From a virus: 64,000 bases of DNA. The stretch's first letter is position 1, and each line of letters starts with the position of its first letter. The stretch lies in the IMG/VR virus record IMGVR_UViG_3300047558_000137, positions 246,859-310,858 of that record, one strand, 5' to 3'. Below the pieces are notes generated by a model. That model saw only the letters and a list, made by a program, of their open reading frames with translations, ran no database searches and was not told where the DNA came from. A program made the translations under genes and the position numbers. Below, piece by piece: positions 1 through 10,023 of this stretch.

Positions 1-781
1 GAATACGCCCTGCTCCGATACCGATTCCGGCCTTTTGGCTAACGTACTTGACAATACTGCTGGCAGTAGCGTTAATGGAATCAAGACTATCATCAGACTC
101 AATAAGAACGCACGAGCTGAATTGTTTTTGCGGTGTTCGTACACCAGCCATGACAGGAGTAGGTAAAGAGATATCAAAGTTAGAGATAGCATCATAGTAG
201 TCCTTGGCCCATTGTAGGCGTGTTTCTTTTGGATAGGCCATAAACAATGTAGCCGCAATCATCATGTAGGCTACCTGTGGCGTTTCGTAGATTTCACTGG
301 TTACACGATTTTGTACAAGGTACTTGCCACGCCATTGTTCCATGGCAACATAGGTAAATGTCTCATCACGGTCATGTTTGATATAATTGCCTAGTGTGTT
401 AATTTCTTCTTCTGAATAATTTTCTAGTAGTTCTTTTGTATAGTAACCGATGTCAATATTACGTTTAACTAGATCTAACAATGGCCATGGTTTGTAACCA
501 CCGTAGACTTGTTTATAGATATGATATGTTAGCAAACGACCAGCAACGTATTGATAGTTCGGTGCGTCTTCGCTAATTAAATCTGCTGCACTTTTAATTA
601 GGGTTTCTTGAATGTCTGTGCTTTTAATGCCGTTGTAAAATTGTACATGGCTGTTGATTTCCACTTCGCTAGCACTAACTCCAGTAATTCCTTGTGTTGC
701 CCAAAACACAACCTTGTGTAATTTTTCTAGATTTAGCGGCTCTTTACGTCCGTCTCTTTTTGTGACTAATATTTGACTCAT
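1..781 (-). CDS. nrdA: Ribonucleotide reductase class Ia large subunit NrdA, N-terminal part (ATP cone onward); continues beyond window start
   Basis: Minus-strand translation from ATG at 781 gives MSQILVTKRDGRKEPLNLEKLHKVVFWATQGITGVSASEVEINSHVQFYNGIKSTDIQETLIKSAADLISEDAPNYQYVAGRLL...SLPTPVMAGVRTPQKQFSSCVLIESDDSLDSINATASSIVKYVSQKAGIGIGAGRI, near-colinear with E. coli/T4 NrdA. No stop codon before position 1. Confidence 0.9.
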   Translation of the reverse strand, partial: MSQILVTKRDGRKEPLNLEKLHKVVFWATQGITGVSASEVEINSHVQFYNGIKSTDIQETLIKSAADLISEDAPNYQYVAGRLLTYHIYKQVYGGYKPWPLLDLVKRNIDIGYYTKELLENYSEEEINTLGNYIKHDRDETFTYVAMEQWRGKYLVQNRVTSEIYETPQVAYMMIAATLFMAYPKETRLQWAKDYYDAISNFDISLPTPVMAGVRTPQKQFSSCVLIESDDSLDSINATASSIVKYVSQKAGIGIGAGRI

Positions 782-794
782 TGATTCCTCTTGC

Positions 795-1241
795 TTAATT
801 TTCTATTTGTAATTTGTCTGCGGATAACACTTGATTTAGCTTTAATGTTTTATCGAAGTGTTCTTTATTTACAACCTGACCATCAATCAAATTAAGAACA
901 TATTTCCCTTGATTAAACCAAGCTAAATTATACGCATACCTAGTTTTGGGGTCGGTATACGTTCTAAACTCTACTTCTAAATTGTTTCTATGCGTAGTTA
1001 ATGATATAGTATATATTATTCCTAGGCATTTTGCAATGTCGCAGTAGTAATTTTCTTCAATTAACTGCCAAGGGCTTGGCCAATTTTCAGGATCTTTTGG
1101 GTCTAGATAATAAGGGCTAAAGGGAGCCCGGGACCATAACTCAGCGGTTTGGTCCAAGGCTTGCTCTATAGGTAAAGAATCTAACGAAAGTCGAAAATCA
1201 CGCCAAGACCTCAATCGGTCTTCGGCTGGTAGTTTGAACAT
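795..1241 (-). CDS. hypothetical protein
   Basis: 148-aa ORF, no recognisable motif; tightly packed between nrdA and the beta-helix gene. Confidence 0.5.
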   Translation of the reverse strand: MFKLPAEDRLRSWRDFRLSLDSLPIEQALDQTAELWSRAPFSPYYLDPKDPENWPSPWQLIEENYYCDIAKCLGIIYTISLTTHRNNLEVEFRTYTDPKTRYAYNLAWFNQGKYVLNLIDGQVVNKEHFDKTLKLNQVLSADKLQIEN

Positions 1242-1244
1242 TTA

Positions 1245-2582
1245 TTATACGAATTGTTTAATACTGTATTTAAAGGTTTGGCTAGCAGTGGCAGCACAAA
1301 TTACGCTACCATTGCCATGTATCCATAAGTTAGCATTTAATGTTGTACCAGATTCGGTATACTCGTCATCAAACACTACTTCGGATCCAGTGTTGTTGAA
1401 TTTTAATACGCCATATCTGTAGTTGTTACTTGAATCATTGATCTGATAATCAATTGCGCCTGCACCTGTAGCTACAGATGTAATAGTATTGCTACCAGTA
1501 GATAGACTTGCTTGACGTCCTGTACCAACTTTTAAGGCACCACTATAGATACCTGTGCGGTCACCTGATCCAAATGTGTCGCCAAAACTATAAACATTGC
1601 CCGACATTGAAGACACTGGTGTTGCTACTGTGCTACTAAAATAGTTGTTTAGACTAACAAGGCCGGAAATAAACGTTCCCGGTTGTATACCATAAGAAGT
1701 TAAACTTGTAAATTCACAATTTACTACTCTAACAGTATCAGCATATCCTGTTGCACCAATGCCCACCAATCCACCGTCAAAAGTACAATTTCTAAAAGTA
1801 GTCGATTGTGCTGTATTCACTGAAGAAGAAAAACGTACAACTTGAAGTGTAGTTGCCGCACCACAAAACTGAACGTTTTCAAAAACAGAGTCATTGGTAC
1901 TATCAAGTACAACAACTGGACTTGTGCCACTAGTTACTTCAAACTTTATTCCAGACACAAATATATGTGTAGGCATAGCTGCACTATTTGTTCCAAAATA
2001 GGCACCAACTTGATATAAGCTATCAGTTGGCTGAATGATTGTTGTTGATGTACTTTGAATTATTGTATTTTCTTTACCATCGCCTACTAAAACACAATAT
2101 GGCGGAATTAACAGTTCGCTTGATACTATATAAGTTCCAGCTGGAAAATATATTGGTCTACGAACATTAGGATGTGTGGTTAGAACAGAAGAAACGTAGA
2201 TTTGTTGTATGGCACGATTAATCGCATCAGTATCATCTGTTGTGCCATCACCTGCGGCACCAAAATCTTTTACAGAAACGTGTTCATCTAATACGCTTTG
2301 AATACTGCGTGTAATTGGTGACAAACTTGTAGCACCTGTTTGGCTGGTATAGCCAGCATCTGTGCCTTTGAATGTGTAACTGAACAAGAAACCCAGAAAG
2401 TCACTGTACTCAGTTAAAATTTCTGTTACACCTTCTGTAGGTGCGCCTTCTGTTAGTGTGCCATTACCAATAAACAAACGGCGTTGGTCAACACTCCAGC
2501 CTAATTCAGCACTTGCCAATTGTGGCAAATCTTGCTGTAGACCGCGGCGGTGCTGAATTTTTGAGATTTGTACGATTGCCAC
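1245..2582 (-). CDS. right-handed beta-helix protein (pectate-lyase/tailspike-like; possible depolymerase)
   Basis: Motif VSVKDFGAAGDGTTDDTDAINRAIQQ is typical of the pectate lyase_3/GH28 tailspike superfamily; T/S/G/N-rich repetitive sequence fits parallel beta-helix. Confidence 0.6.
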   Translation of the reverse strand: MAIVQISKIQHRRGLQQDLPQLASAELGWSVDQRRLFIGNGTLTEGAPTEGVTEILTEYSDFLGFLFSYTFKGTDAGYTSQTGATSLSPITRSIQSVLDEHVSVKDFGAAGDGTTDDTDAINRAIQQIYVSSVLTTHPNVRRPIYFPAGTYIVSSELLIPPYCVLVGDGKENTIIQSTSTTIIQPTDSLYQVGAYFGTNSAAMPTHIFVSGIKFEVTSGTSPVVVLDSTNDSVFENVQFCGAATTLQVVRFSSSVNTAQSTTFRNCTFDGGLVGIGATGYADTVRVVNCEFTSLTSYGIQPGTFISGLVSLNNYFSSTVATPVSSMSGNVYSFGDTFGSGDRTGIYSGALKVGTGRQASLSTGSNTITSVATGAGAIDYQINDSSNNYRYGVLKFNNTGSEVVFDDEYTESGTTLNANLWIHGNGSVICAATASQTFKYSIKQFV

Positions 2583-2681
2583 TTTATTTCTCCAATTTGT
2601 TACTATATTTATCGATCCAAACCCGCTTGCCTTCCTCCATTACCCAGCTTTTACTTATATACTTATTTGAACTTTAGCCAT

Positions 2682-3392
2682 TTAGCTAGTCAGGTAGTAT
2701 AGCTCTACTCGCTTAGTCCACTCGTCTGTCCAGTGATCAAATTCGTCACCTGAGACTTCAAATTCCAGGTATTTTGGCGTCTCAAGGGTACCATCTTCTA
2801 GGGTTTTGGGCTGTACAGCCATCAAAATTACACCGTCACGTATATTGGTACCATAAGTGTGATTATGTGCCTGTGCATAGGCAGCTAATTGTAAAAAGTA
2901 ATCAGTGATATATTCACGCTTCTTAATCTTGTTACTTTGCTTGAAGTCTAGGATAGCAGGACGACCTTTCCATACACCAATACAGTCTGTGGTGCCAGCA
3001 TATAACCCACTATAATATAATGGTACTTCACTGCCCCAGAATTCTGTCACGTGACTTAGTCCATGTAGAATAACTTCTGCTGCCATAAACCAACTTGGAT
3101 GTGCATAGGGATTAGGTGGCAAGGGTTTCATATCCTCTTGCAGGATATAATGCTCAAGGTAGGCGTGCATCCGTGTTCCACGGTTAGCTGCCTCTGTAGT
3201 AATCTGTTGTGCCTGTTGCTCGCCTACACGCTTTTTCCAATTGGCCAGGGCCTGCTTTGACTCTTCACTTTTAGTTCGATCTAAGATAGTTGTAACGCTG
3301 GGAACCTTGCTACCGTCAGGAGTCATGTAATGGCGCTTGCCATCTACTGTGGTTCTGTTTAAGGGGGTGTAATCGTATGGGCTTTTAATCAT
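2682..3392 (-). CDS. PD-(D/E)XK nuclease family protein
   Basis: TTDCIG...ILDFKQSNK looks like the D...(D/E)xK catalytic core; overall similar to RecB/YqaJ-like phage exonucleases. Confidence 0.45.
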   Translation of the reverse strand: MIKSPYDYTPLNRTTVDGKRHYMTPDGSKVPSVTTILDRTKSEESKQALANWKKRVGEQQAQQITTEAANRGTRMHAYLEHYILQEDMKPLPPNPYAHPSWFMAAEVILHGLSHVTEFWGSEVPLYYSGLYAGTTDCIGVWKGRPAILDFKQSNKIKKREYITDYFLQLAAYAQAHNHTYGTNIRDGVILMAVQPKTLEDGTLETPKYLEFEVSGDEFDHWTDEWTKRVELYYLTS

Positions 3393-4378
3393 GTTTCTCT
3401 TTGTGTGCTTGAGTATTCTTTAAATATTTCTACGTTCTGTGCTGCTATCTTGTACATACGGTCAATGATAGCATCTCTATCTTTATGCCTGTGTAACTCC
3501 ATTAAACTGGACAATGCGTTATATATTCGGCCAGTGGGCGACTTGGAGTAATCATATCGTTCATCAATAACATCATGGAATGTATGAAATCCACGTAGTC
3601 TAAGTTTTTCTAAACTGTGTTGCCCGGCTATTAATATAAAAGGTTTTCCTATTGCTAGGCAGCGCCCAGTCTTTTCAGTTAACCAATAATTACTAAACGC
3701 ATCGGTTTCGGATATAATTTCAATTTTGTAATTATTACATACATCAGCATAAGTTGCAACTGATTCCTGCCAGCTCATTGCACCAGATGGGCTACGACTG
3801 TGTATATCTTGATCAAACTGTTTTGTCTCTAGCCAGTCTAGTTCTTTTTTATATAATTCTTTAACCAATGCGTATTCAGAACGAATTTGTTCGAGCTGTG
3901 GCTGGAACACTGTATAGTTGTCATCGGGAAATGCTCGATCTAATTCGTATGCTAGTCTTAGTCGTGTGGGGTTTGATCTTCCTAACAGTGTACCAACAAA
4001 TTTCCCGTTGTTGCAGTTGTGACCTTTAAAATTTAAATGTTGACCTATGCCAAGAAATATTCCAGGCAACATGACTCTACTAGGGAAAGCTGTTATATCA
4101 GGATCGTGACTTTCAATTAACACCCGATCGTGTGGTATACTAAAGCATTGACAGATATATTCTACAAACTTTATAAAGCCAGTAAACTCTACATTCTCAC
4201 CATCCCAGAAGCTGACACGCAAACTTTGCCCTTTGTAGTTTTTTGCAATGGCATCAATTATTAACTCTTTACCTACTAAAGAGAAATCCTTACGAGCAAA
4301 CAAATGCCCTTGTATGTAAATTTCTTCGTCTGTTATTTCTATGGCTTTCATATTTGCCCCAGTAAATAATCTGCCCAC
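3389..4378 (-). CDS. hypothetical protein
   Basis: 329-aa ORF overlapping neighbours by 4 and 31 nt, operon-like packing. Confidence 0.5.
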   Translation of the reverse strand: MGRLFTGANMKAIEITDEEIYIQGHLFARKDFSLVGKELIIDAIAKNYKGQSLRVSFWDGENVEFTGFIKFVEYICQCFSIPHDRVLIESHDPDITAFPSRVMLPGIFLGIGQHLNFKGHNCNNGKFVGTLLGRSNPTRLRLAYELDRAFPDDNYTVFQPQLEQIRSEYALVKELYKKELDWLETKQFDQDIHSRSPSGAMSWQESVATYADVCNNYKIEIISETDAFSNYWLTEKTGRCLAIGKPFILIAGQHSLEKLRLRGFHTFHDVIDERYDYSKSPTGRIYNALSSLMELHRHKDRDAIIDRMYKIAAQNVEIFKEYSSTQRET

Positions 4379-5115
4379 ATTCGATGCCCTTGTTCGTTGG
4401 GGTGACGACTATCTTCTTTGTAGCAGTAGTCACAAGAGTCTAATAGATCCATACGTGTTTCTGCTCGAGACATAACGTCTAACACATCAGGAAAACGTGC
4501 ATCGTAATTCATCTGTTCTATGTGTTCGCTGATAACAATGTGTGTGCCATTCTGTATCCGTTCGCCTAGCATTACTTCTAACCAGCTCTGATTGCAGGGC
4601 ATAGTGCTAACACTGTCTGTAAAATTATGACCAATGATAAACTTAACTTCAGGATGCTTTAACATCAGCATGGTTATGCGACCGTATATCTCTGCTGTTA
4701 TTTTTTCTAATACCTGTTGTTGTGTACCTAGACTGCGATCAATAAGTCTCATGTCTTCATGACGACCTGATTCAGTGAGTGTAATAACACATCTCATTGG
4801 ATCTTTCATTTCACGATAATAATCTTGTAATGTCATAGTATCTAACAGCATTTCTACCCAAGATACAATTAACGAATTAGATCCACCGGGCATGGCTAGA
4901 TTAATCCAGTTTGCCTTTAGCTCTTGGGCCATTAGATTACCGTATACATGATCTAGTCTATATACTTTATCGTCTCTGCCCAGTCTTACTTTAGTATTGC
5001 CAAGACTATCGCCGTAGGTCCAACTGTCTCCTGCTGTAACCAGCAAAGACTCGCCATCATTCCAAACAAATTCGTAAGGGTTGTCTATCATTGACCACCC
5101 GGGCACTTTAAACAT
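4348..5115 (-). CDS. SGNH/GDSL-like hydrolase (putative esterase)
   Basis: N-terminal block VTAGDSWTYGDSLG resembles the GDSx block I of SGNH hydrolases. Confidence 0.4.
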   Translation of the reverse strand: MFKVPGWSMIDNPYEFVWNDGESLLVTAGDSWTYGDSLGNTKVRLGRDDKVYRLDHVYGNLMAQELKANWINLAMPGGSNSLIVSWVEMLLDTMTLQDYYREMKDPMRCVITLTESGRHEDMRLIDRSLGTQQQVLEKITAEIYGRITMLMLKHPEVKFIIGHNFTDSVSTMPCNQSWLEVMLGERIQNGTHIVISEHIEQMNYDARFPDVLDVMSRAETRMDLLDSCDYCYKEDSRHPNEQGHRMWADYLLGQI

Positions 5116-6124
5116 AATTGCGTAGATCTAAATTGTATAGACGTTGCCACTGATTGTAAACATACGTTCTAAACTGTGCTTTGTTTGCTTGGCAGCGCCC
5201 AAAGTACTTTTGATATTCTCTGTGTGGATTGTCTATGCGGTTAATTGCATCTATTGCAATCTGTGCATATTGCAGTTGTCTGCCGTGATCGCCTAGACTA
5301 GTATCTATTCGACTATAGTCAAAGACGTCCTCAAATATGTCAAAGCCATTATCCTTAAGATGTTGTCTTAATAAAGGCTGTCCATATACAAAGAATGGAC
5401 GCATACCTATAATAGGCTTAAATGTTTTTTCGCTAGTAAAAAAATTAGATTGATTAGGGTTGTCAAATTCTGTTTCAGTTACCAGGCACAACAAACTATT
5501 ACGCCAGATATCTAAATTGCCGACACTAAAAATGTCATTGAGAATTTTCCTACTAACAAAGGTTTCGTCTACACCTAGATTACCGTACTCATCCCGAATA
5601 CCTTGCTCGTCTGCAAATTCTTCTTCTAGTGTAATGGGATTACCAGGAAGCCCAAGACTAATATAACCTTGTTCGCGATAAGGTAGTAGCTGTTCTACTA
5701 GGGCACGTCTGTGCGGATGTGGTTTACGATTCAGACAGATAAACTTACGTGCGGTATCACGTAGTTCTACATCATGTTCTTCATAATTTTGAAAGTATAG
5801 ATCGCAGACCATAGCCCAAAAGTCTAATCTATACTGTCCGGCATTGCCTAAGATAAGGTATGGTACACCGGAGGTTTCAATTGCCTCAAATATCTTTGGT
5901 ACAGCCGGATCCACAAAGTTATGGCAGATGATAAAGTCTGGGTGTTTTTCTTGTATGTCTTTTTGAATGTCATTTTCATGTAACCATGTGGGGTTAATAA
6001 TCATAACCCTGTTGACATTAAGTTGTTCTCTTGCTTTGTTTTCTAATATTGAACGTATAAGTTGTTCAACCCGACCTGCCTTCCAAGCATAAGGAAAGCC
6101 GTTGGTATGTTTGATTATTTCCAT
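5108..6124 (-). CDS. hypothetical protein
   Basis: 338-aa ORF, no clear motif. Confidence 0.5.
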   Translation of the reverse strand: MEIIKHTNGFPYAWKAGRVEQLIRSILENKAREQLNVNRVMIINPTWLHENDIQKDIQEKHPDFIICHNFVDPAVPKIFEAIETSGVPYLILGNAGQYRLDFWAMVCDLYFQNYEEHDVELRDTARKFICLNRKPHPHRRALVEQLLPYREQGYISLGLPGNPITLEEEFADEQGIRDEYGNLGVDETFVSRKILNDIFSVGNLDIWRNSLLCLVTETEFDNPNQSNFFTSEKTFKPIIGMRPFFVYGQPLLRQHLKDNGFDIFEDVFDYSRIDTSLGDHGRQLQYAQIAIDAINRIDNPHREYQKYFGRCQANKAQFRTYVYNQWQRLYNLDLRNYV

Positions 6125-6492
6125 TAAACTCTAAAACTTTCTCCGCAACCACAACGGTCACGTTCATTGGGATTGCGAAATTCAAAACCTTCATTAAGAC
6201 CTTGTCTAACATAATCTATAGTCAGACCTTGTATATATGGACAGCTTTTTGGATCTACAAATATTTTACAGTCCATACAGTCTATTGCTTGATCTTCAGG
6301 GTGAGGTTTATCTACATATTCTAGCACATAAGCTAATCCTGAGCAACCTGTAGTTTTAACTCCCACCCTTATTCCAACGCCAGTGCCACGGCGTTCTAGA
6401 GTTTGTTTAATTTTTTTATTTGCTTGTTCAGTTAGAGAGATCATGTTTTTTGCGGTAGTCTTCAACTGCTGCCTTGATAGCATCTTCGGCAA
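6124..6492 (-). CDS. iscA: IscA/HesB-family iron-sulfur cluster insertion protein
   Basis: C-terminal CGCGESF motif plus TTGCSGLAY...FVDPKS...GFEF.NPN pattern are canonical HesB/IscA; true start may be the internal Met MISLTEQ. Confidence 0.85.
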   Translation of the reverse strand: MPKMLSRQQLKTTAKNMISLTEQANKKIKQTLERRGTGVGIRVGVKTTGCSGLAYVLEYVDKPHPEDQAIDCMDCKIFVDPKSCPYIQGLTIDYVRQGLNEGFEFRNPNERDRCGCGESFRV

Positions 6493-6814
6493 GAATACTG
6501 CAATGAATCTTAACTGGGGGAAGTGCTAGCTCTTCGGCTATTGCACTGTTTTTAATTGATTCGGCTTCTTGCAGAGTTTTACCTTTAACCCATTCAGTAA
6601 CCAAGCTACTACTCGCAATAGCAGACCCGCAACCATAAGTCTTAAAACGTGCGTCGGTGATAATCCCATTGTCTACCTTTATTTGTAGTTTCATAACGTC
6701 ACCACAGGCTGGTGCGCCTACCATACCTGTACCAACATCGGCGTCCTCTTTCGCAAAGGAACCCACATTACGTGGGTTCTCATAATGATCAACTACCTTG
6801 TCGCTGTATGCCAT
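6428..6814 (-). CDS. iscU: IscU/NifU-like Fe-S cluster assembly scaffold
   Basis: HYENPRNVGS, GAPACGD, TYGCGSAIASSS, LPPVKIHCSILAEDAIKAA: the three conserved Cys and LPPVK motif of IscU. Confidence 0.9.
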   Translation of the reverse strand: MAYSDKVVDHYENPRNVGSFAKEDADVGTGMVGAPACGDVMKLQIKVDNGIITDARFKTYGCGSAIASSSLVTEWVKGKTLQEAESIKNSAIAEELALPPVKIHCSILAEDAIKAAVEDYRKKHDLSN

Positions 6815-6844
6815 ATATACCCCTTAAAGGACACTATAGCAGAA

Positions 6845-7297
6845 TTAGTCACGCTTTGCAAGAGCCCTATTGGCCATTTGTGATACAGTCTTCATTGAAG
6901 CTTCTGGATCACCACCAGCATCACCGCCGGCGGCCATTGGATCAGCATCGACTACACTTGCTTCAGATGGTGTTAGGTATACATACTTCTCACCAGTCTT
7001 TTCATCGTCCTTGATGCTTTTAATCATTGCCTTGACTTTTTCATTGTCTTTAAAGGCTGCATCAAGTAGTGCATAGTTAAATGCTTCGTTACCGGGAATG
7101 GCCTGCACTCTGCTTACAACAGTACTGGCTCTTACACGAGGTGTAACTGCACTGCTAGATTCGGCTTCTTGACGTAATAATTCTAATGCTGTAATTAAAG
7201 ATGCATCGCCACGAGTGTGGGCTTCATCTTCGATGTCAGAACTAGGAAGGTCCATTCCTGGACCCAAGTTCTCGAGAATGATCTCGTTAATACGCAT
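6845..7297 (-). CDS. hypothetical acidic protein
   Basis: 150-aa ORF, acidic with Ala/Gly-rich tail. Confidence 0.45.
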   Translation of the reverse strand: MRINEIILENLGPGMDLPSSDIEDEAHTRGDASLITALELLRQEAESSSAVTPRVRASTVVSRVQAIPGNEAFNYALLDAAFKDNEKVKAMIKSIKDDEKTGEKYVYLTPSEASVVDADPMAAGGDAGGDPEASMKTVSQMANRALAKRD

Positions 7298-7298
7298 A

Positions 7299-7988
7299 TT
7301 AACGGCGCTCTCTTCCTAATTCTTCTTCACCGCCAACAGCAGCATCAGTTGCATCAAAGCCGTCTGTGTCAAAATCGCTCATTGGCTCTTCGCCTGGCAT
7401 GCCACCTAGTGCTGGATCCATACCTGCGTCAGGTGCGCCCATACCCATGTCCATTGCCATACCAACATCTTCACCTGCTAGTGCGCGAACTGCTGTGTCG
7501 CTAGATTCACGTGCTGTGCTTAGTGCTGTGTATAGTTCTGTTAGCATTGGGCTAATAGAGCCTTTAAATTGTTCTGCTTGCTCGCTACCAATTTGATCAC
7601 GGATAGTGTCAATTAGGGCAGGAACTTGTTCGTTTTGGATCTTAGAGATTTTTTCTAGCATGTCTTGAACGCTGTCAACAATGTCCTTGGCAGCTAGAAC
7701 AGCTTCGCTACGACCCATTTCGCTTTCAAATAGACCTTGCTCGCTAGTCATCCAACGGTCTAGACCTTCTTTAACTAGCATAAGTTCCATGTACTTGGCA
7801 TTCTTTTCAACGGTGTGAGCGCCAAAAGACTTTTTAATAGCAGCCATGTTTTCTGTTAATGCTTTGCTCAGGCGTTCTGCTTTAGCATAGCTTAGATTGT
7901 CATAGTCAATAGAAAAACCGAAACGGCTTTCCATTACTTTGTTAATCTTTTGCGGTGTTACCGCTGTGTGCATTTCTGATAATCTCAT
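7299..7988 (-). CDS. hypothetical protein with acidic low-complexity C-terminus (possible scaffold-like)
   Basis: 229-aa ORF; C-terminal GMDMGMGAPDAGMDPALGGMPGEEP low-complexity region. Confidence 0.45.
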   Translation of the reverse strand: MRLSEMHTAVTPQKINKVMESRFGFSIDYDNLSYAKAERLSKALTENMAAIKKSFGAHTVEKNAKYMELMLVKEGLDRWMTSEQGLFESEMGRSEAVLAAKDIVDSVQDMLEKISKIQNEQVPALIDTIRDQIGSEQAEQFKGSISPMLTELYTALSTARESSDTAVRALAGEDVGMAMDMGMGAPDAGMDPALGGMPGEEPMSDFDTDGFDATDAAVGGEEELGRERR

Positions 7989-8024
7989 AGTGGTTTATTC
8001 CCAAACTTTATGTTGTATTTAGCC

Positions 8025-8555
8025 TCATTCCCAAACTTTGGAATACTTAGCATGTTTGTGTATTTTTGATATTTTGTCCCGAGCAAACTCTAGCTTAGAT
8101 TGGGCTATTTCTAGTCTTGCACGCCTAATATCTACAATATCATAGTCCTTTTCGCGCTGAGCTTGCTCTAAACTTCTACGCAAACTTAACATGTCTGTAT
8201 AATTTTTATTTATTTCCCGATCCCATTGCAGTATTTCATCTGCCTGCATGTATCGTTGTTTGATAGTGTAAATGGTGTATAGTATGGCGCTAACTTTGCT
8301 TTCAAAGCGGTGTAGCATTTCCCGATTAAAGTTATAAACTTCGCAGGATTTATTTGGGTGTACCTGTAAACGGTACAATCCGATTCTATACCCATTCTTT
8401 ACTGGGACACAAACGGGGTTACTATTTTCTGTGCGTAAACGTTCTAGTTCGCGGTCAGTCCACCACTTAATGTAATCAGCTGCTAGGTTGATTACCTGCG
8501 TAACTTCTGTTGGAACGTCTTTAGCGGATTTTTTTCTTGTAGATGATTTGGCCAT
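8025..8555 (-). CDS. hypothetical protein
   Basis: 176-aa ORF. Confidence 0.45.
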   Translation of the reverse strand: MAKSSTRKKSAKDVPTEVTQVINLAADYIKWWTDRELERLRTENSNPVCVPVKNGYRIGLYRLQVHPNKSCEVYNFNREMLHRFESKVSAILYTIYTIKQRYMQADEILQWDREINKNYTDMLSLRRSLEQAQREKDYDIVDIRRARLEIAQSKLEFARDKISKIHKHAKYSKVWE

Positions 8556-8730
8556 TTTCTTTCAAACGCAAAAGTACATCTTGCGCTGTTAATTGATTTG
8601 CAATTACTTGCTCGCGTTCATTTAACGCATTTTTTGATATAACTGGCTCTTCAGTGAAGCGGCCCAACAAGTCAGCCTGCTCATTAGTAATGGACAGTTG
8701 TACTGTGTTGAGCAATTCGATTATTTTCAT
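8521..8730 (-). CDS. hypothetical small protein
   Basis: 69-aa ORF overlapping neighbours. Confidence 0.3.
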   Translation of the reverse strand: MKIIELLNTVQLSITNEQADLLGRFTEEPVISKNALNEREQVIANQLTAQDVLLRLKENGQIIYKKKIR

Positions 8731-8996
8731 TTGATATGTACTATAAGTGTAATTAGTGCGCCAATAAGTGCGCCGCCAATTGTAGTTCCAATGGTTAACA
8801 TCATTTTATATGGGCCCGTGGAATCTTCTGTAGGTTTGGTTGTAGAAATTGCTCCTTTGATTTCTACAATCAAACGCTCAATGGAATCCATACGTTCGTC
8901 TAAACTTCTTAGTCGTTCGTCCAAGTTCTTATACCTTTCAGCGCAAAGTTCTACGTGCGCCTCTAGGCTTTTCTTTTCAATATCGCTGGAAGCCAT
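8727..8996 (-). CDS. small coiled-coil protein with C-terminal transmembrane helix
   Basis: MMLTIGTTIGGALIGALITLIVHIK hydrophobic C-terminus. Confidence 0.45.
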   Translation of the reverse strand: MASSDIEKKSLEAHVELCAERYKNLDERLRSLDERMDSIERLIVEIKGAISTTKPTEDSTGPYKMMLTIGTTIGGALIGALITLIVHIK

Positions 8997-9090
8997 TGCT
9001 TCAATCTCCGTTGTAGTTGTCTAATGCTGTTTGTTGTGCCAGTGTATTGCCTATGTTGTGCCTAAGTGTGCCGTAGCATCGAGTTAGTAT

Positions 9091-9543
9091 TTATTCCAAA
9101 ATATGCTGCTTAAAGTATATGTTTTTAATTGCACCATGTGGATAAAAGATGGGCAACATAAAACGTGCAGTTTCTTCTAGTCCGCAAACAATAGGAACCT
9201 GCTCAAAGTCTGTAACTAGACCAATTAGCTTTTTATCGCCTATATCATAAACATCACTTTGATCAACAGTCCAGGACCATGTCCATACTCGATGCTTTCC
9301 GCTGTATAGGTCACCAAACTGGAATCCACCAACATCCATATCTGTATATTGCGGAACAGTTATGTTTTGCGGCTGCGCCCTTAGTCCAATACATTGTAGT
9401 ACTGTTTCCCAGTTACGTTGTTGATTACGTTGTATGTCATCAACATTTTTACTACGTGTGACACCGGTAGCTGTTATATCTACTAAGGTAAAGCCTTGGA
9501 ATAATTTTAGTCCGGTGTTCATGTTAGTATTTAGCGGCCACAA
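9091..9543 (-). CDS. hypothetical protein
   Basis: 150-aa ORF. Confidence 0.45.
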   Translation of the reverse strand: MWPLNTNMNTGLKLFQGFTLVDITATGVTRSKNVDDIQRNQQRNWETVLQCIGLRAQPQNITVPQYTDMDVGGFQFGDLYSGKHRVWTWSWTVDQSDVYDIGDKKLIGLVTDFEQVPIVCGLEETARFMLPIFYPHGAIKNIYFKQHILE

Positions 9544-9566
9544 AAAAAGGCACTATAAAGTGCCTT
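9542..9566 (-). terminator. rho-independent terminator (GGCACT-loop-AGTGCC followed by T7 on minus strand)
   Basis: Perfect 6-bp GC-containing hairpin plus poly-T immediately downstream of the small structural gene 9589-10023. Confidence 0.7.
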
Positions 9567-9588
9567 CTTTGTTTAATCAATTGCTTGA

Positions 9589-10023
9589 TTAGCTTGTTGC
9601 TAGTTTCAAACCAACGTTTGTTACTGTAGCTGCGTTAGCCCAGATGTTAGAACCGCCAGCACCAACAGAAGCGTTACCCAAAGATTGGATACGTGTTTGT
9701 AGAGCTGTTGCAACGCCTGTTACTACACCACCGCTGCTTGTACCAGCACCAGTTGCTTCTAACAATACGCTCAATGAACCGCTGTTAACTTGATAAGCGA
9801 TAATTGTGCCATCGATTGCCAATTGGCGTAGGAAAGTTTCAACTACACCGCCAGTAGCTGAGTCAGCTGCTGCGAAAGTTTGAGACTTGCCCAATACGAT
9901 AGAAATTGCTGTTGGAGCCTTAGTAGCACCAGTAGCGATCAAAGTACCTAGTGTACCATCGTAAGCGCCGTCAAAGTTGTTAATACCATTTGCATCACCT
10001 GCATAACGTGTTTGGATTGCCAT
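9589..10023 (-). CDS. small Ala/Gly/Thr-rich protein, probably an abundant virion protein
   Basis: 144-aa ORF; own late-promoter-like TATAAATA box upstream and strong terminator downstream suggest high expression. Confidence 0.5.
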   Translation of the reverse strand: MAIQTRYAGDANGINNFDGAYDGTLGTLIATGATKAPTAISIVLGKSQTFAAADSATGGVVETFLRQLAIDGTIIAYQVNSGSLSVLLEATGAGTSSGGVVTGVATALQTRIQSLGNASVGAGGSNIWANAATVTNVGLKLATS

